NCBI GenBank assembly: GCA_024704765.1 | Contig: JAKMXF010000177.1 | Span: 372,001-436,000, forward strand | Source: Oopsacas minuta | Taxonomy: Eukaryota > Animalia > Porifera | Direction of reading: 5' to 3' | Length of the DNA: 64,000 nucleotides | Part shown: one piece after another, positions 1 through 12,290 of the stretch | Position numbering within the stretch: the stretch's first letter is position 1 | Layout: each line of letters begins with the position of its first letter | Notes under the pieces: model-generated | Told to the model about the DNA's origin: nothing | Seen by the model: the letters and a program-made list of their open reading frames with translations, nothing else | The model's database searches: none | Program-made: the position numbers and the translations under genes

Positions 1-200
1 TATTTCATCCAGCCTGCCGAATAGAGCTGAGATAGTAGATTAGTTCGTAAAAAATATTCCCGGAACCGAATATGCCACACATTTTGCCTATATATGCCAA
101 AGTAATGCTCGATCGGGTCATTTTGGAGAAATGAACTTAAAACATAAGTAAACCCACAATCTTTTGTAAGATGGTTGACTATATGTTCAAGGACAGCACA
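1..200 (-). pseudogene. P-element/THAP9-like transposase remnant, C-terminal catalytic segment
   Basis: Minus-strand translation gives AVLEHIVNHLTKDCGFTYVLSSFLQNDPIEHYFGIYRQ, matching the P/THAP9 QDxxExxFxxxRQ motif and the homologous segment of the element at 48.6 kb. The frame is lost afterwards. Confidence 0.8.
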
Positions 201-202
201 TA

Positions 203-1542
203 CAGGGTGCAACGAAGGTGATACCATAGATAATTCATTAAAACTTATAAAATATTTGAGTAATTTGAAATATTATCGGTTTATATATGAACCATTTCGT
301 TCTAATACAATTCTTATACGTTTCGGCATGCTAGCTACTAAATTATCTAAAATACTTGGATTAATGTCTCTCCATGCTAATTTTACTGTTTCTATTAGCT
401 GTTCCCTCCTTGTGATTTTGCCCTCTTCTTTAACCTTCTCATTTACTATTCCCCAAAGGTTTTCAATAGGGTTTAATTCAGGGTAGTTTCCAGGCCATTC
501 AATCTTACGCCAGAAAGCATTTAAATGATCTTGACACCACTTCTGCGTTGCATTGGCCGTGTGTGCCGGTGCACCATCTTGCATGAAGATGAATTCGGAC
601 ATCTTTTCCAACATTGACCGCTCCAAAATCGATCCATTATTTCGACAACAGTGAACTGCCTCCATACAAGTCTTGGCCAAAATTTGATTAATGTAGTAGG
701 CACTATTTACTGATTGACCTTGCGGGATTATTTGCAGTTCTGAAAGTGCCTGATGTGACATCATGCCCCACACATGAATCTTTGCTGGAAACTTAACTGA
801 AAATACCGAAGGAACATATTGCTTATTCTTTGCCCAAACCCGATTATTTTGTTTGTTTGGCGTTGTAAAGAGCTGGAAGGGAGACTCATCTGACCAGAGA
901 ACTTTTTCCAGTCGTTAACTGTCCAATTTTGATGCTTCCGAGCAAAGCTCAAACGATCTTGGATGTTCTTTTGAGATAATCGAGGTATTTCTTGCCTTTT
1001 GAAAGACCTAACACCCACAGATTCGGTCAAATGACGATGTACACACATATGAGCTACAGCATTGCCTCTATTCTTCAATTTCTGTGCAAGTTTTCTTGAG
1101 GATTGCCTGCATTTACCGAGGGACTTGGAAATAACAGTATTATCCGTCCGTTTCAAAATAGGAGGCCTCCCTGAACGAGGTTTAGTCACTAATGAACTAC
1201 CTTTTTTATACAAACTAGACCATCGTTTCACCGAAGAGATTGAAACATTCAAGTCTTGGGCCACTTTCTTCTGTGTGAACCCTCCATCTAGCATGCCTAT
1301 AGCTCGAGAACGAAGCAAGATTCCATGATCATAGACATCCATTAAGACGAAATAATATACCCTACTAAAATTGGAAAAAATTCAAATATTAGAATACAAT
1401 AAGTAATTAATGTAGTCAGAAATAATCTAAAGTACTATAACTATATTTTAGAAAAGTATAGGAAACAAACTATGTATGGTTCATAAATAATAAAGATTTT
1501 CATGGGAAAAATACAAGGTATCAACACTTTCGTTACACCCTG
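203..1542 (-). mobile_element. Tc1/mariner-superfamily transposon (DD37E type), frameshifted
   Basis: Imperfect TIRs CAGGGTGCAACGAAGGTG-ATACC and CAGGGTGTAACGAAAGTGTTGATACC; TA on both sides (201-202, 1543-1544); 1,340 bp. Confidence 0.92.
273..1342 (-). pseudogene. Tc1-like DD37E transposase, disrupted by a 1-bp deletion near 905
   Basis: HTH and GRP motif in ORF 761-1342. Restoring one A in TGGAAAAAGTTCTCTGG gives WKKVLWSDESP. ORF 273-773 carries QDGAPAH...WPGNYPELNPIENLW, with 37 residues between the second D and the E. Confidence 0.9.
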
Positions 1543-1544
1543 TA

Positions 1545-2300
1545 GACCATTTTTTACACAGACTTGATATCATAAAAGCAAGGACAGTAGTGGTTGCTTC
1601 AGTTTTAGTATTCTTCCCCCAATATAGGAAAACTCTGATTTAACATGTATCTCATCCAGTAGAAGCAATCAGATAGGTTTCCAACTGACACTCTAAACTT
1701 ATTGTTCCCCATAATGACGACGTAAAGTTGATGAATGGGGAAGTATCATGCAGTTTAACGCCTTGGGCGAAGTTCAGACTGCCATAACTGTAATTCTCGA
1801 ATTCTTCTAAGTAACTTTTTCGAATTCATAAAAAGGGTGTGTGGGGTTCAATTATGAAGAACTAGGGCCTAGAGTGGCTAGCATAGTCCCTTGTCGGTGG
1901 TCCGATGGATTTCTATAACGACTGTAAGTAGTAACAGGTAGATATCAAATGACATTTTAAAGCTAGCCATTGTAACCATGTTGTATCTTCTTCGACTCTT
2001 AAGAGTAATAATATTCTCAATCTAACATTGCAAGAACTTTGGGTAACAATTCTAGAGAATTATCTAATAAATCATTCGAACTTCAATTTTCGAAACTGTC
2101 TTTCAATGTTGGTGGCCACTTCACTAATATGATCTTCCAACTAAATTCTTTGTTAATAATAATACTTCACTGATTATGACATCGATGTATCTAATATCGT
2201 CGAGATAGCAGATTGAGAGAGGAATTTGTTTGTTATGGTAGAACCCCGTTGGGATTAATTAGTATATAAACAAAGTAAGCAAAGAAGAGGTAGAATCTAA
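1545..2300 (-). pseudogene. P-element/THAP9-like transposase remnant, N-terminal and first catalytic region
   Basis: Broken-frame motifs SPKA..CMILPHSSTLRR, LLDEIHVKSEFSY (first catalytic D) and TEATTTVLAFMISSLCKKWS. The upper boundary is approximate. Confidence 0.75.
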
Positions 2301-4629
2301 ATATGCAAAGAAATTCTGATAAGTAAGATAATTATGTAAATGATGATTATGGAGTTATTAAAATGTACTAGGCGCATGCGGCTATGGGACTAGGCGTTTT
2401 CGAAAGATGCGTTGGTGTTTGGTTCATATTCGTTTGCTATGCAGTAAAATATTCCAAATTACCAAATCCATATTTTGTATATCCTCAAACAGTCAATTCC
2501 ATTCATCAAATACACTATTTCAGTTAATCGAACAATATAAAACTTACCAACACACCATTCTTAAATTCAGAGACGAAGGTATCCCGATAATCCAGGGTGT
2601 ATGAAATTACTACGCTTACTTTGTGAAAGACCTGCACAGTACGTAAAGTATCTAAGGTAGACTGATTGTATATGGAAATTATTCAATAAATTAGGTATAT
2701 ATTTAGGACTTATAAGGAGAATGAATAGATTGATACGTATGAAAGTATCAGGGCGTAGACATGTGCTCTTGATTGGTAGGGCCCCTTGGAGCCATGATGA
2801 CAGGATTGGTAGAGCAGTATACACATGGAGAGAGTAGAATTATTGGTAGCGCCAAAGCCTCTCCAACCCTACCGTTGCCTACGCCCGTGAGTATAGAAAC
2901 AAATAATTGATGAATTAAAATGTTATCTATTCCCTTACGTGAGCTCGAGCTCTCCTTCAATAAAAACCTCCCGGAGATAGATGGTTCGATGGCTATGACT
3001 TCCAATCCATTATTAAATTCGATGAGTTTGCTGGAGCGATCCCTCTCCACCAGTTCCTTATATTACTTTCAGGTAATTATTAGTATTAGATTAAAAGTTG
3101 AAACTATGACTCTAGTAATGGGAACCAATAAAATAACTATAAACATAAATCTAATTCAATATCACATACAAATAAGCTAACAATAGAATTAATATCACTA
3201 CGAATGGGGACTAAGGCTGTGGGGTCTTGCACGTCAGATTCAGGCCAGAGTCTAAGGTGATGAACGCTCTGAATTCTTCTTCGATAAGCTGTATGCTGGA
3301 CTGGTCGTTCATGGATGCTGAGAAATATGCCATTTACTTTCTGCGGACCTAATGAGAGTCGGCATAGCCCATGAGAAGCCCAGCGTATCCCAGTTTGAAT
3401 ATCACTGACTTAATTACCCCTAAGTCATGGGATTAGCTGATCTAAAGAGGGTCATAGAAGTGGCCATACGCCAGAAAATACTTGTCCGATTACAAAACTT
3501 TGTCTTGGTAGAGCATCAGTCCTTGGCTACGCCTATGGTTGAAATTCGGTAAATTTGCTGTTGCTCAGCCGAATTTTAGGTATCTAATATTTTCCAATAG
3601 AAAATAATTATCTAGCCTAAAGCATAATGCGAAATTTTACATATCAAGCAAGCGTCAAGTGGAAATAAGATAAGCATTGAAATTCAGGCTTGAGGACAGG
3701 TGTGCCATTGTGAAGGATACATGAAGCTAGAATTGGCAAATAACGAATCGTTGAAAAATCTCCGATGCGATACGATAGATATATCGGAAATTCACGCTAT
3801 TGAAATTTGCCTAATGAGTGGGGAGTTCTACGATAAATTTCTTGAATGATCAATTTTTGTGCTAAGTTTGGAAAACAAACGTATTCATCGCTATGATGAA
3901 TTGAAATAATAGGGAGTTCTCTGAAGAATTATTATTTCAAATTTATTATATTCAACCAATAACCTTAGGGTATATTAAATAATCAAATATCATTGAAAAA
4001 ACAGTTGTTGGAGGAATAGACTATACATATTGACTCGAAAATTTAAGTTTATAGGACTTTTACATTTGAAATTATTAATGGGGAATGGAGGAGATTCGCC
4101 GTACCGATCTCCACCACATATAGAGGTTCTAATTTGTTAAATGGGCCTGGGCTGTGCGATTTTAGTGAAATTTTTGAATGAGTAAATATTTTGTTTGAAA
4201 ATTATTAGATAGGATGAGGACGACCCAAAGTTGGGTTAAATGGATAAATTGATATCATGCATAATATTAGAGAATTAAAAGTAAGATATAAATTTGATCC
4301 CAAATTGCAAAGTCATCTCTTGATAATATTAGAATTTTAGGAAAGTCTATGGGATGTCCCAACTTCCTTCTTCCCATCAAGGTGATCTTTGTTCATGTGC
4401 AACACATACTTTTGGAGTGGGGAATTTTGTAAAATTTTTCACTTTTTGCAACATCATTGTAATCCATTAAGGGGTCAGATTGGGATAAAATTAGAATGAC
4501 AGAAACTACCTAGGCTAGTATTGATGTCCTCCAAATCTCACGGAGGCAGAATTATAACGCGTCAATGTTTGCTCAATTTCTCGCTGCTAACTTCACACTC
4601 GTGGCATGCTAGATAAAACACCTAATGCT

Positions 4630-4970
4630 TTTAGTTAAATTCAGACTCTGTATATATCAAAATCAGACTCTACGCACCCAGTTACCCCTGACAACATGTT
4701 AAAACCTAATCTTTAGCATGCTTTTGAATATTACATAGAAAGTTGTGAAAATCTGATTAATCACCAAAAAGGTGTGAAATATCCACTTTAGAAAAAATTC
4801 ATACTCGAGGTACAAATCTCCGACCCAAAATGTATGTGCATACCAATTTTCATGTTGATCGGACTGCTAGATTTCGCACGGTCGCGCTGACGGAAGTATG
4901 TACGTACCTTCCTACGTAGCACATCGTCCATGTCATTAGGACATCTCCTTATAGGAGCTGCACTAAATTA
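4630..4970. repeat. Dispersed repeat family, copy 1 (inverted relative to 15290-15600)
   Basis: Reverse complement matches 15290-15600, e.g. TAGTGCAGCTCCTATA.GGAGATG, ATTTCACACCTTTTGGTGATTAATC and GGGTAA.TGGGTGCGTAGAGT. Confidence 0.8.
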
Positions 4971-5614
4971 CACACAAGTATTCCAGGAAGGAAACATGAG
5001 GTTGAACTATTTCCTGGAATATTAAGGTTTCAACACCAGAAACTCCCCTTTGGATTTATCCTTAATCTTAGCAGATTAAGTATGTTTCCCAGTCTGGATA
5101 ATTGTTATGTATATTACACACAAATACATAAAGGGCGCGCGCCGGTCCCTGGATCTGGTACGCCCCTGCCACAGGCCCGTAGCCAGAATATGAAAGTAGG
5201 AAGAGGCTACGAGAAAGGGGGGGGCTGAGCCTCCCCCCTGGCTACATGTCTTCCCTGCAGAGGATAACTATAATCCAAGAATTAGATTTGAATTGTATCA
5301 TTCGTTAACAATTCAAGTCTACGAGTGAAATAGACACCATTTGTATTTAATTCATGCACATACAGTACAATTCATAATTATTGCAACTTTCGCTTCTTAT
5401 CAAACCAAGTCTATAGATTCGCGAGTATTGACTTTGGGTAGCTTCCTTCTTGTTTTACTGGTAGTTTTACTATGTTGATGTAATTTTAGTACAAATTAAA
5501 TTTTTGTAGCTGTTTCTATTTTTAGGCATTTATATCTACTGATTGCGTCATCATTACTAACCATGTTTATCTTTGAGTTAGATTTTCTTTTCGCTTAACA
5601 TCGATTTGATCTCT

Positions 5615-6557
5615 TGATTGCCCAGGAAGCAACTATAAACAAGGTTGTAGCATTACTCCAGGGAGGAAAGCACTCTGCGCGCCCATTGAAATCGCGCAGC
5701 TGTGTGGTGTAAACAAGACAATTGTTTACAGAATAAAGGAGTGTTTTAATAAAGGGGAAACATTGAATCACAAGAGAGGAGCTGGTAGGCCAGACAATCT
5801 ACGGAAGAAAATCGCTTTATCCTGTACCAAATATATGTCTAGTGATTGGCAAAACCCTGCCATGAAATAGCGGAAGAAATCTGCCAGAAACGTGGCATTA
5901 ATGTCTCCACAAGTACTGTCTGCCGTTGTCTAATATCGCTTGATTATTCAAAGCCCTACCCGATTCGTGTGCCAATGCTAACTGAAAACAATCGACTGGC
6001 ACGTATTGAGTGGGCTACAAAGAATAAAGATCGAAATTGATGTCATGCTGTGCTTTCAGATGAAGCTAGTTTCTGGATTCATGGTTGTAGAGTGCGAATG
6101 TGGTGTAAAGGTCCTAGGAGAATTTATCAACCAACAGTCAAGCACTCAGCAAAGGTACACATATGGGCTACGTTTTCCTTATTTGGCACCTTCCCTCTGT
6201 GTATTTTTTCACAGAATCTAGATTCACACTTCTTTGTCGAGATTTTGAAGTGGCATTTGTTGGAGAACGCCAATGTCTTTCATGGCACAGAGTGGTTTTT
6301 GATTCAAGATAACGACCTGAAACATACTAGTCGTAGGTGCAAGACTTGGATTGCCGAAAATATGCCAAATAATCAGCTAGATTGGCCAAGTCAAAGTCCA
6401 GATATGAACCCTATAGAAAATCTATTCAGTTGGATGAAATACAAACTCAACCGAGATAGACCTAAGACAATTAAAGACCTGAAAGCACGACTAGGGGGTA
6501 TTTAGGATTCTATCACCCCAGAAATGATGAAACAAACTATAGTTCAATGACACGCCG
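5615..6557 (+). pseudogene. Tc1-like DD35E transposase with frameshifts and stops; C-terminus displaced to 9692-9737
   Basis: EIAQLCGVNKTIVYRIK...KRGAGRP, SDEASFW, QDNDLKHTS...WPSQSPDMNPIENLF (35 residues between D and E). Rejoining across the insertion gives SSMTRRCQMVLENNGYRINY*. Confidence 0.85.
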
Positions 6558-9500
6558 CACAGTGGGCTATTATTGCGAATTACTAGTATTAGGGTTTATG
6601 CGTTCAATTTTAGAGATAGGCTTATAAAATACATTATTACTGTATAGTAACTCGACTATTGGGGTTCTTTTATTGATTTCAATTTTGTTGTATCACATCA
6701 GGTTTTCAATATATGACGTAATCTTAATTACCATATACAGAAATCTAGATATACACTAAACTGAGGTTTTATTAAAAGAAATAGAATATGAATATATTAT
6801 GGCTATGGTAACTGAAGAATAACTAACATACGAATATCTTATTGATGGATTAATGTTAAATACAAGAAGAGACATCTATGGAATTTTGAAGGAGAGAATC
6901 TTCAATATCAATATTATTAGTAACGTTTTCACCTTGCCTGTTTTTAAACAATTCTTTTGATGGCCCACTTGACCACAGGTGGAACAAATGATGATCTTTC
7001 TGAATTTTCTTTCAGAATTGGACAACCATAGATGTAGAGCCTCATTGCAACATCACATAACCCAATTAGAAAATCTGATTTCCTGCTCAAATGTGTTGAG
7101 AATTCTCGGATCAACTTATGTCCTTGTTCTAACTCTTCTTCAGAAAGACTACACAATCCTACCTGTCATTTCTCTCAATAAACTGATGGGCATGAGCCAA
7201 GAATTTGTGGAGTGTATTGCTAATAGATACCCAGGGAAAGGTTTGTAAGATTAGTATGTAGGTTTCTAACTTAACACACGAAATCTGTCTACATCGACAA
7301 CTTCATTACTATTAGCAACTCTGAGTAATGCAAATAAATTCCTGTGAATCTTTGTCAGAGCATCTCTATACACATTTGGTACAAACGATCCTAAAACATG
7401 GTTTTTTATATGAAAAAAATGTTCTTGCCATGTTACCAGTGCTTGTGTTCCCACTTCCTCCTGGTTGGTCGAATAATAAGTTCGTAAGCTCATGGATACG
7501 CTTGCATACTAAACCTCGATAATCTCGCACCATTTGATCTTCAGTCCACTTGAGCTTTCCTGCTGCAATTCGGTAGATGAGGTTCAAAACCAATCTAAAG
7601 TCCTTAGGTAAGAATGTAGAGTGCTGCAGGAAATAAATGAATGCAACTTGCAGGTTCGTGTGTAATCCCACACCGTTGCTTTGTATTGTAGCTCATCAGC
7701 TCTTTTCCACCAGATATTAACTGACGGATTGTCTCTTTGATAAAGAAACCCGAAAACAACTTTCGTAATACTATTTATATCACTTCGGGTTGCTTTGCAG
7801 GCAATACGTGGCGCTCCTCCTTTACCTGTCATAGTTGCTAAGGTTTTTCCGTCAAACATTGAAGCTTCGACTTCTACTTTAACATGGCCATTTAGGTGAT
7901 CAAAACCATTCTCATTTAGTGAAACAATTTCAGAGTTTAGTAACTTGCTCAATTCTATCACAGTGTCAATAGTATCCTTTTGGCAAATAAGTGCTACTGG
8001 TTGGTTGGAAAAACAGGAGATTGTATGCCTATTTTCCCACAAAACATTCCCGAATCTATCTATTACTGAATAGGTGAAACCATGAAGACAATATAATTTG
8101 ATCGGTCTATATTAAAGTCTGACAATATCCCAGGAGGGGAATGAGATCCAGAACCATCCAGTCCATGCTTGATTTTGAGTGTTAATGGATAGAAGTGTGG
8201 TGCAGGAAAATTTAGCAAACATTCTTTTAACAACCGGTCAAAGAGAGAAATTACATGTGATGAGTAAGATATATAGACCCCTATAGGATTGGAAACATTT
8301 GGATACCAGTCGAATGTTGGAACAATTTATTTTCTAATTTCACTAATTTTTTCCCAGTTGCCAAAACGAGGCCTTCTGATTGGAGATAATATTTAAGATC
8401 TCTCCATTTTCCTTTCCACTCTTAAGTTGATATACTAAGAATCTTGATTTTTCTGGTGAAACTATGTTACTGAGGGTTAGTATCGATTCTTCGTTATAGA
8501 TTTTCCAAGCGATATTTACGATCCCTTTAAAACCAATTTGTTCTACAGCTACAATATACAGGAGGAGAGGAACGTAGCGAATAACAGAAATATTTTCAAG
8601 TTGTGCTAACTGACGGATGGAAGTAAGTATCCCAGTCTGATCAAGCCTTATCTTCTTTGAACGAACTTGAATGTCATCAATTGACTTTCTCTTCTCTACA
8701 TTTGGAACCAATATAACACCGCTTTCTACATCACAGCCTGAAACAAAAAGGGATGATTGGGTACTCTTAGGTTTAACAAGGATCCATGGAATCCTTGCAC
8801 TCCACCACTCACCATCTAAGCTCTCAATATATTTTTATTCTTTCTGAAATTAAATGATACTTTAGACATTAGAGAGTATACAGAATGTCTCTTGTCTTCC
8901 TCGAGATCTAGTATACGCACCACTTCATCTGCTGCTTGATTGATATCATAGTCGTGTTCCTTTAATATGATAGCAAAGTCAAGACGTGTTTTCGGGCTTT
9001 CAGATACTATTGTTGCTTCAGCCATCTTTAATTTGATGAGTAGAGGTTAAATAGGTTATCAAATTAATGAACTTGTATGCTACCTCGTAATATGCAGTAT
9101 ATATAAATAATAATTGCGTTATATTGGTGTAAAATTACCATGTAATTACATTACATGTATCATAGCAACGTAAATGTGAGAATGGAATTTGACAATATTT
9201 AATATGTTGCGCAATGTAGCGGTATTTGTACTTTGAATATAATGTTTATATTACTTGACAAGAATACATACTAAAAATTCAGGGTGGAAACTAGTGGAAA
9301 CAAATTTTGCTGCCAACAGGATGGCTTATGGCCGAGAGAAATTTCTACAAAATTTTCACAGTATTGTATACGTAATATCTGATTAATCTTTTCGCTCCTG
9401 AAGAAATTCAATGATAGATTCAAATTCAGCGCACTTACTTTGCTTGGATAGCATGTAAATGAACAATAATGCATCATAAATTCAAAAGATTCTGAAATAG

Positions 9501-9686
9501 CTTCTGTCATTTATATAATGTATGTATAAACATAGAATACAGCAATGAAGTCCTACATTTGATTGACCACAAAATTAGAAATACTTAACTGTTTCATCTG
9601 ATACTTTACATATCGCTCGTTGAATATATCTAGAATCTAATTCATAATTGAAATGGTATAAATTGAAGGTATAGTAGCCCACTGTG
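6558..9686 (-). mobile_element. Transib/RAG1-like DDE transposon, element 1
   Basis: Termini CACAGTGGGCTA(T/C)TAT on both ends; 5-bp TSD CGCCG at 6553-6557 and 9687-9691; 3,129 bp; internal Transib/RAG1-core motifs. Confidence 0.92.
6940..9025 (-). pseudogene. Transib/RAG1-core-like transposase with multiple stops and frameshifts
   Basis: KHGLDGSGSH (first D, ~8145-8175), ASMFDGK (second D), STLHSYLR, GGSGNTSTGNMARTFF and SEEELEQGHKLIREF (E), in the expected order across broken frames. Confidence 0.88.
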
Positions 9687-10262
9687 CGCCGGTGCCAGAT
9701 GGTACTAGAAAATAACGGTTATAGGATCAATTATTGAGCCTGACATTCATATTTCACATCTGAATTATATAGAATGATAATCGATTAGCACAGAGTATAA
9801 TAACCGCGCAAATATGGAGTTGCAATAATTATGAATTATACTGTACTGTACAAGACATAACATATTTTACATTCATGTCCTTTTCCACAATCTTTCGTAA
9901 TATGAATAGGTAAAACAATATTCTTATAAATAGTAATCTTGACTTGATTATCTCAATAATTTTAACTAATACTGAAACTAAACTTCAAGGCCTAAATTAT
10001 CTATGAAAGGCCCAATCCACATTCTTTTGTTAGTACTCTACACCTTCACTACAACATGTTATCAATCTCCAGGTTGGTACAGTATATTGAATTTCTCACT
10101 ATTCCGTAAAATAATTATTCTAGAATTGAGCATAAATTCATTCAATTGTAATCTGATTTAGTATATGTTCAGGGCCTTCAGAATCCCATGAAAAGCAGGG
10201 CCAGCCGCCCCACTTCCAACGGCCTTGTATATGTTACATATGAATAGCTCTTGCAGATAGTA

Positions 10263-11599
10263 CAGGGTGTTAAGAAATTGATGTCACCTTTTTGAAATTA
10301 AATAGAGCCATAAATTAACTATTTGAATCGTGTTTTAGCTTCCAATTCTTATTCTACGTATTTGAAATAATAGAATTCCTGTAAATTCCGAAAATTATAG
10401 ACACTAAAAATACTCTCTTGTTCAATTTTTCTTACTTTTCATATACAAGAAATAATCATGGTCAAAGAAGCTACTCTAGCTGTCCGTACACGTGCAGTTT
10501 GCATGATAGAAGCTGGGATTTTTATTAATAAAGTGGCCAAGGTTGTAGGAGTATCTGTCCGTACCATTCGGCGCTGGTTGCTGAGGTCCAAGTCTGGTGA
10601 ACCTCTACAGAACATGAGGGGCCGTGGAAGGAAAACGTCCGTCACGATGGTACCGAAAGTGGTCATTGCCAAGACAATCGGTAAAAAAATGAAATCCACA
10701 CGAGTTATCTCCCAGAATCTCAAATCTAAAGGGTTTTCTATCTCCCACGTGACAGTACACTCGTATTTACGCAAAAATCTGAAAGTTCGACCATACAAAC
10801 CCCAGGTTCAACCCAAATTGACGGAAAAACAGAGGACAGCTCGGATAAAATTCTGTAATGAAAGGAAGAATTGGTCAATTGATAGCTGGCGAAGGGTTTT
10901 ATTCTCGGACGAGTCCTCCTTTGAGGTATTCCACACTCCAAATAAGCAAAACGACCGAGTTTGGGCGAAATCTAGTTCCAATGTTCCTCCTACCGAAAAG
11001 GTCAAATTTCCTGGAAAAATCATGGTCTGGGGTGTGATGTCATACCGAGCCCTCTCACATCTCCACATTATCCCCAAAGGACAAACTGTGACATCAGAAT
11101 ATTATGTGGAAGTTATATTGAAACAGTCTCTAATACCCAGCATGCTTCGAACGAGAGATTCAGGGACTATTCTGGAGAGAAAATTGTTGCTAGAAAGGTC
11201 CAAAGCAATTTTTCAACAAGATGGGGCCCCAGCACATACCTCCAAAAGAAGCCAGGAATGGCTAAAAAACAATATGCCAGGGTTTTGGACCAAGGACATA
11301 TGGCCTCCAAACTCACCAGACTTAAATCCTATTGAGAACCTCTGGGCTATTTTGCAAACCAAACTGGATTCAATGGAGCGAGCAACCAACCTAAAAATGT
11401 TAGAAAAGCAGCTGATTTTGGCCTGGAAGGAAATCTCACCGGAGACACTAGAGAAACTCATAGCAGGGATGCCCTCTCGCATTAATAAATGTTTAAAATT
11501 AAATGGAGATTACATAGGAAAGTAAATAGCACACCTTTCTAGTTCGCATTATTGAAATATGCATGGTATAAAATGGGACATCAATTTCTTAACACCCTG
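10263..11599 (+). mobile_element. Tc1/mariner-superfamily transposon (DD37E type), apparently intact
   Basis: Perfect 23-bp TIR CAGGGTGTTAAGAAATTGATGTC at both ends; TA duplication at 10261-10262 and 11600-11601; 1,337 bp. Confidence 0.97.
10458..11525 (+). CDS. Tc1-like DD37E transposase, 355 aa, uninterrupted
   Basis: N-terminal HTH plus GRGRK, LFSDES, WGVMS, FQQDGAPAHT and WPPNSPDLNPIENLW; 37 residues between D and E. Confidence 0.96.
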   Translation: MVKEATLAVRTRAVCMIEAGIFINKVAKVVGVSVRTIRRWLLRSKSGEPLQNMRGRGRKTSVTMVPKVVIAKTIGKKMKSTRVISQNLKSKGFSISHVTVHSYLRKNLKVRPYKPQVQPKLTEKQRTARIKFCNERKNWSIDSWRRVLFSDESSFEVFHTPNKQNDRVWAKSSSNVPPTEKVKFPGKIMVWGVMSYRALSHLHIIPKGQTVTSEYYVEVILKQSLIPSMLRTRDSGTILERKLLLERSKAIFQQDGAPAHTSKRSQEWLKNNMPGFWTKDIWPPNSPDLNPIENLWAILQTKLDSMERATNLKMLEKQLILAWKEISPETLEKLIAGMPSRINKCLKLNGDYIGK

Positions 11600-11934
11600 T
11601 ACAAAACAATAGCAATTTTTCAAATCTTACTATGAAATGTTATTCCAGATTTAACTGTTTAACCTGTTAACCAAAACCAGCCCTGAGATTTATATATTTT
11701 TAATTATATGGATCTCACGGATAGAAATTTTCAGAATTGACTGACAATTAGCGAATTTGTACTAAACTTTGTACACATTCGCTGACGCCACTTTTGTGCC
11801 AATTTATTATTTTTCCATTAGGAATTGTATTAGGTTTTTGGGTTAATATACTAATATTAGGAGCAAAATCGAAAATTAGTTTGTTAACAGACAGATCATT
11901 TTCTCTATGGAGCTCACTTCAGGGAATGGAATTG

Positions 11935-12290
11935 CCTTATGGGGAATTCTTTGTCAAACTATGCAATGATTTCACCAACTCTCTACGATTGATCTGAACT
12001 TTGCACACTGCAAGTCGGTTATCAGTATAATATCTTGAAAGTTACAATACATTCCATCTGACAGTTTCAAGAAAATCAATTTTGAATTTACAAAAATTTC
12101 TCAAAAAATTCGAAAGTCGGGCATTTTTGAAATTAGGCCCCGAAAAATGTTTTAATATCTTTGATAAAAAGTGTTAATCAACTTAAAAGTTGCTAATTAG
12201 GTGAATTAAACATCACAGAACATGATAGATTCATTGTTGAACTGATTTGGCATAATTTTCTAAGAATTATTTTAGGTTGAACTTGGTACA
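11935..12290. repeat. Dispersed repeat family, direct copy of 47275-47614
   Basis: Co-linear similarity such as GGGGAATTCTTTGTCAAA, AGTTGCTAATTAGGTGAATTA and GCATAATTTTCTAAGAA.TATTTTAGGTT.AAC. Confidence 0.8.

Larger units (their letters stand above)
5363..9843 (+). mobile_element. Tc1-like transposon (DD35E spacing), degenerate, interrupted by a Transib-like insertion
   Basis: 26-bp TIRs CAGTA(C/T)AATTCATAATTATTGCAACT at 5363 and 9818-9843 with TA flanks. Length is 1,347 bp once the nested element and one TSD copy are removed. Confidence 0.9.

Noticed and set aside
2400-4500. ORFs 2748-3050 (-) and 2920-3180 (+) and surrounding moderately GC-rich sequence
   Set aside because: No recognisable motif in any frame; it may be a decayed element or gene but cannot be supported.
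6558-6612. Asymmetric heptamer-spacer-motif arrangement in element 1 (TTCAATTT at 38 vs 12 bp)
   Set aside because: The motif is short and AT-rich in AT-rich DNA, and the 26-bp difference does not mirror element 2; not convincing.
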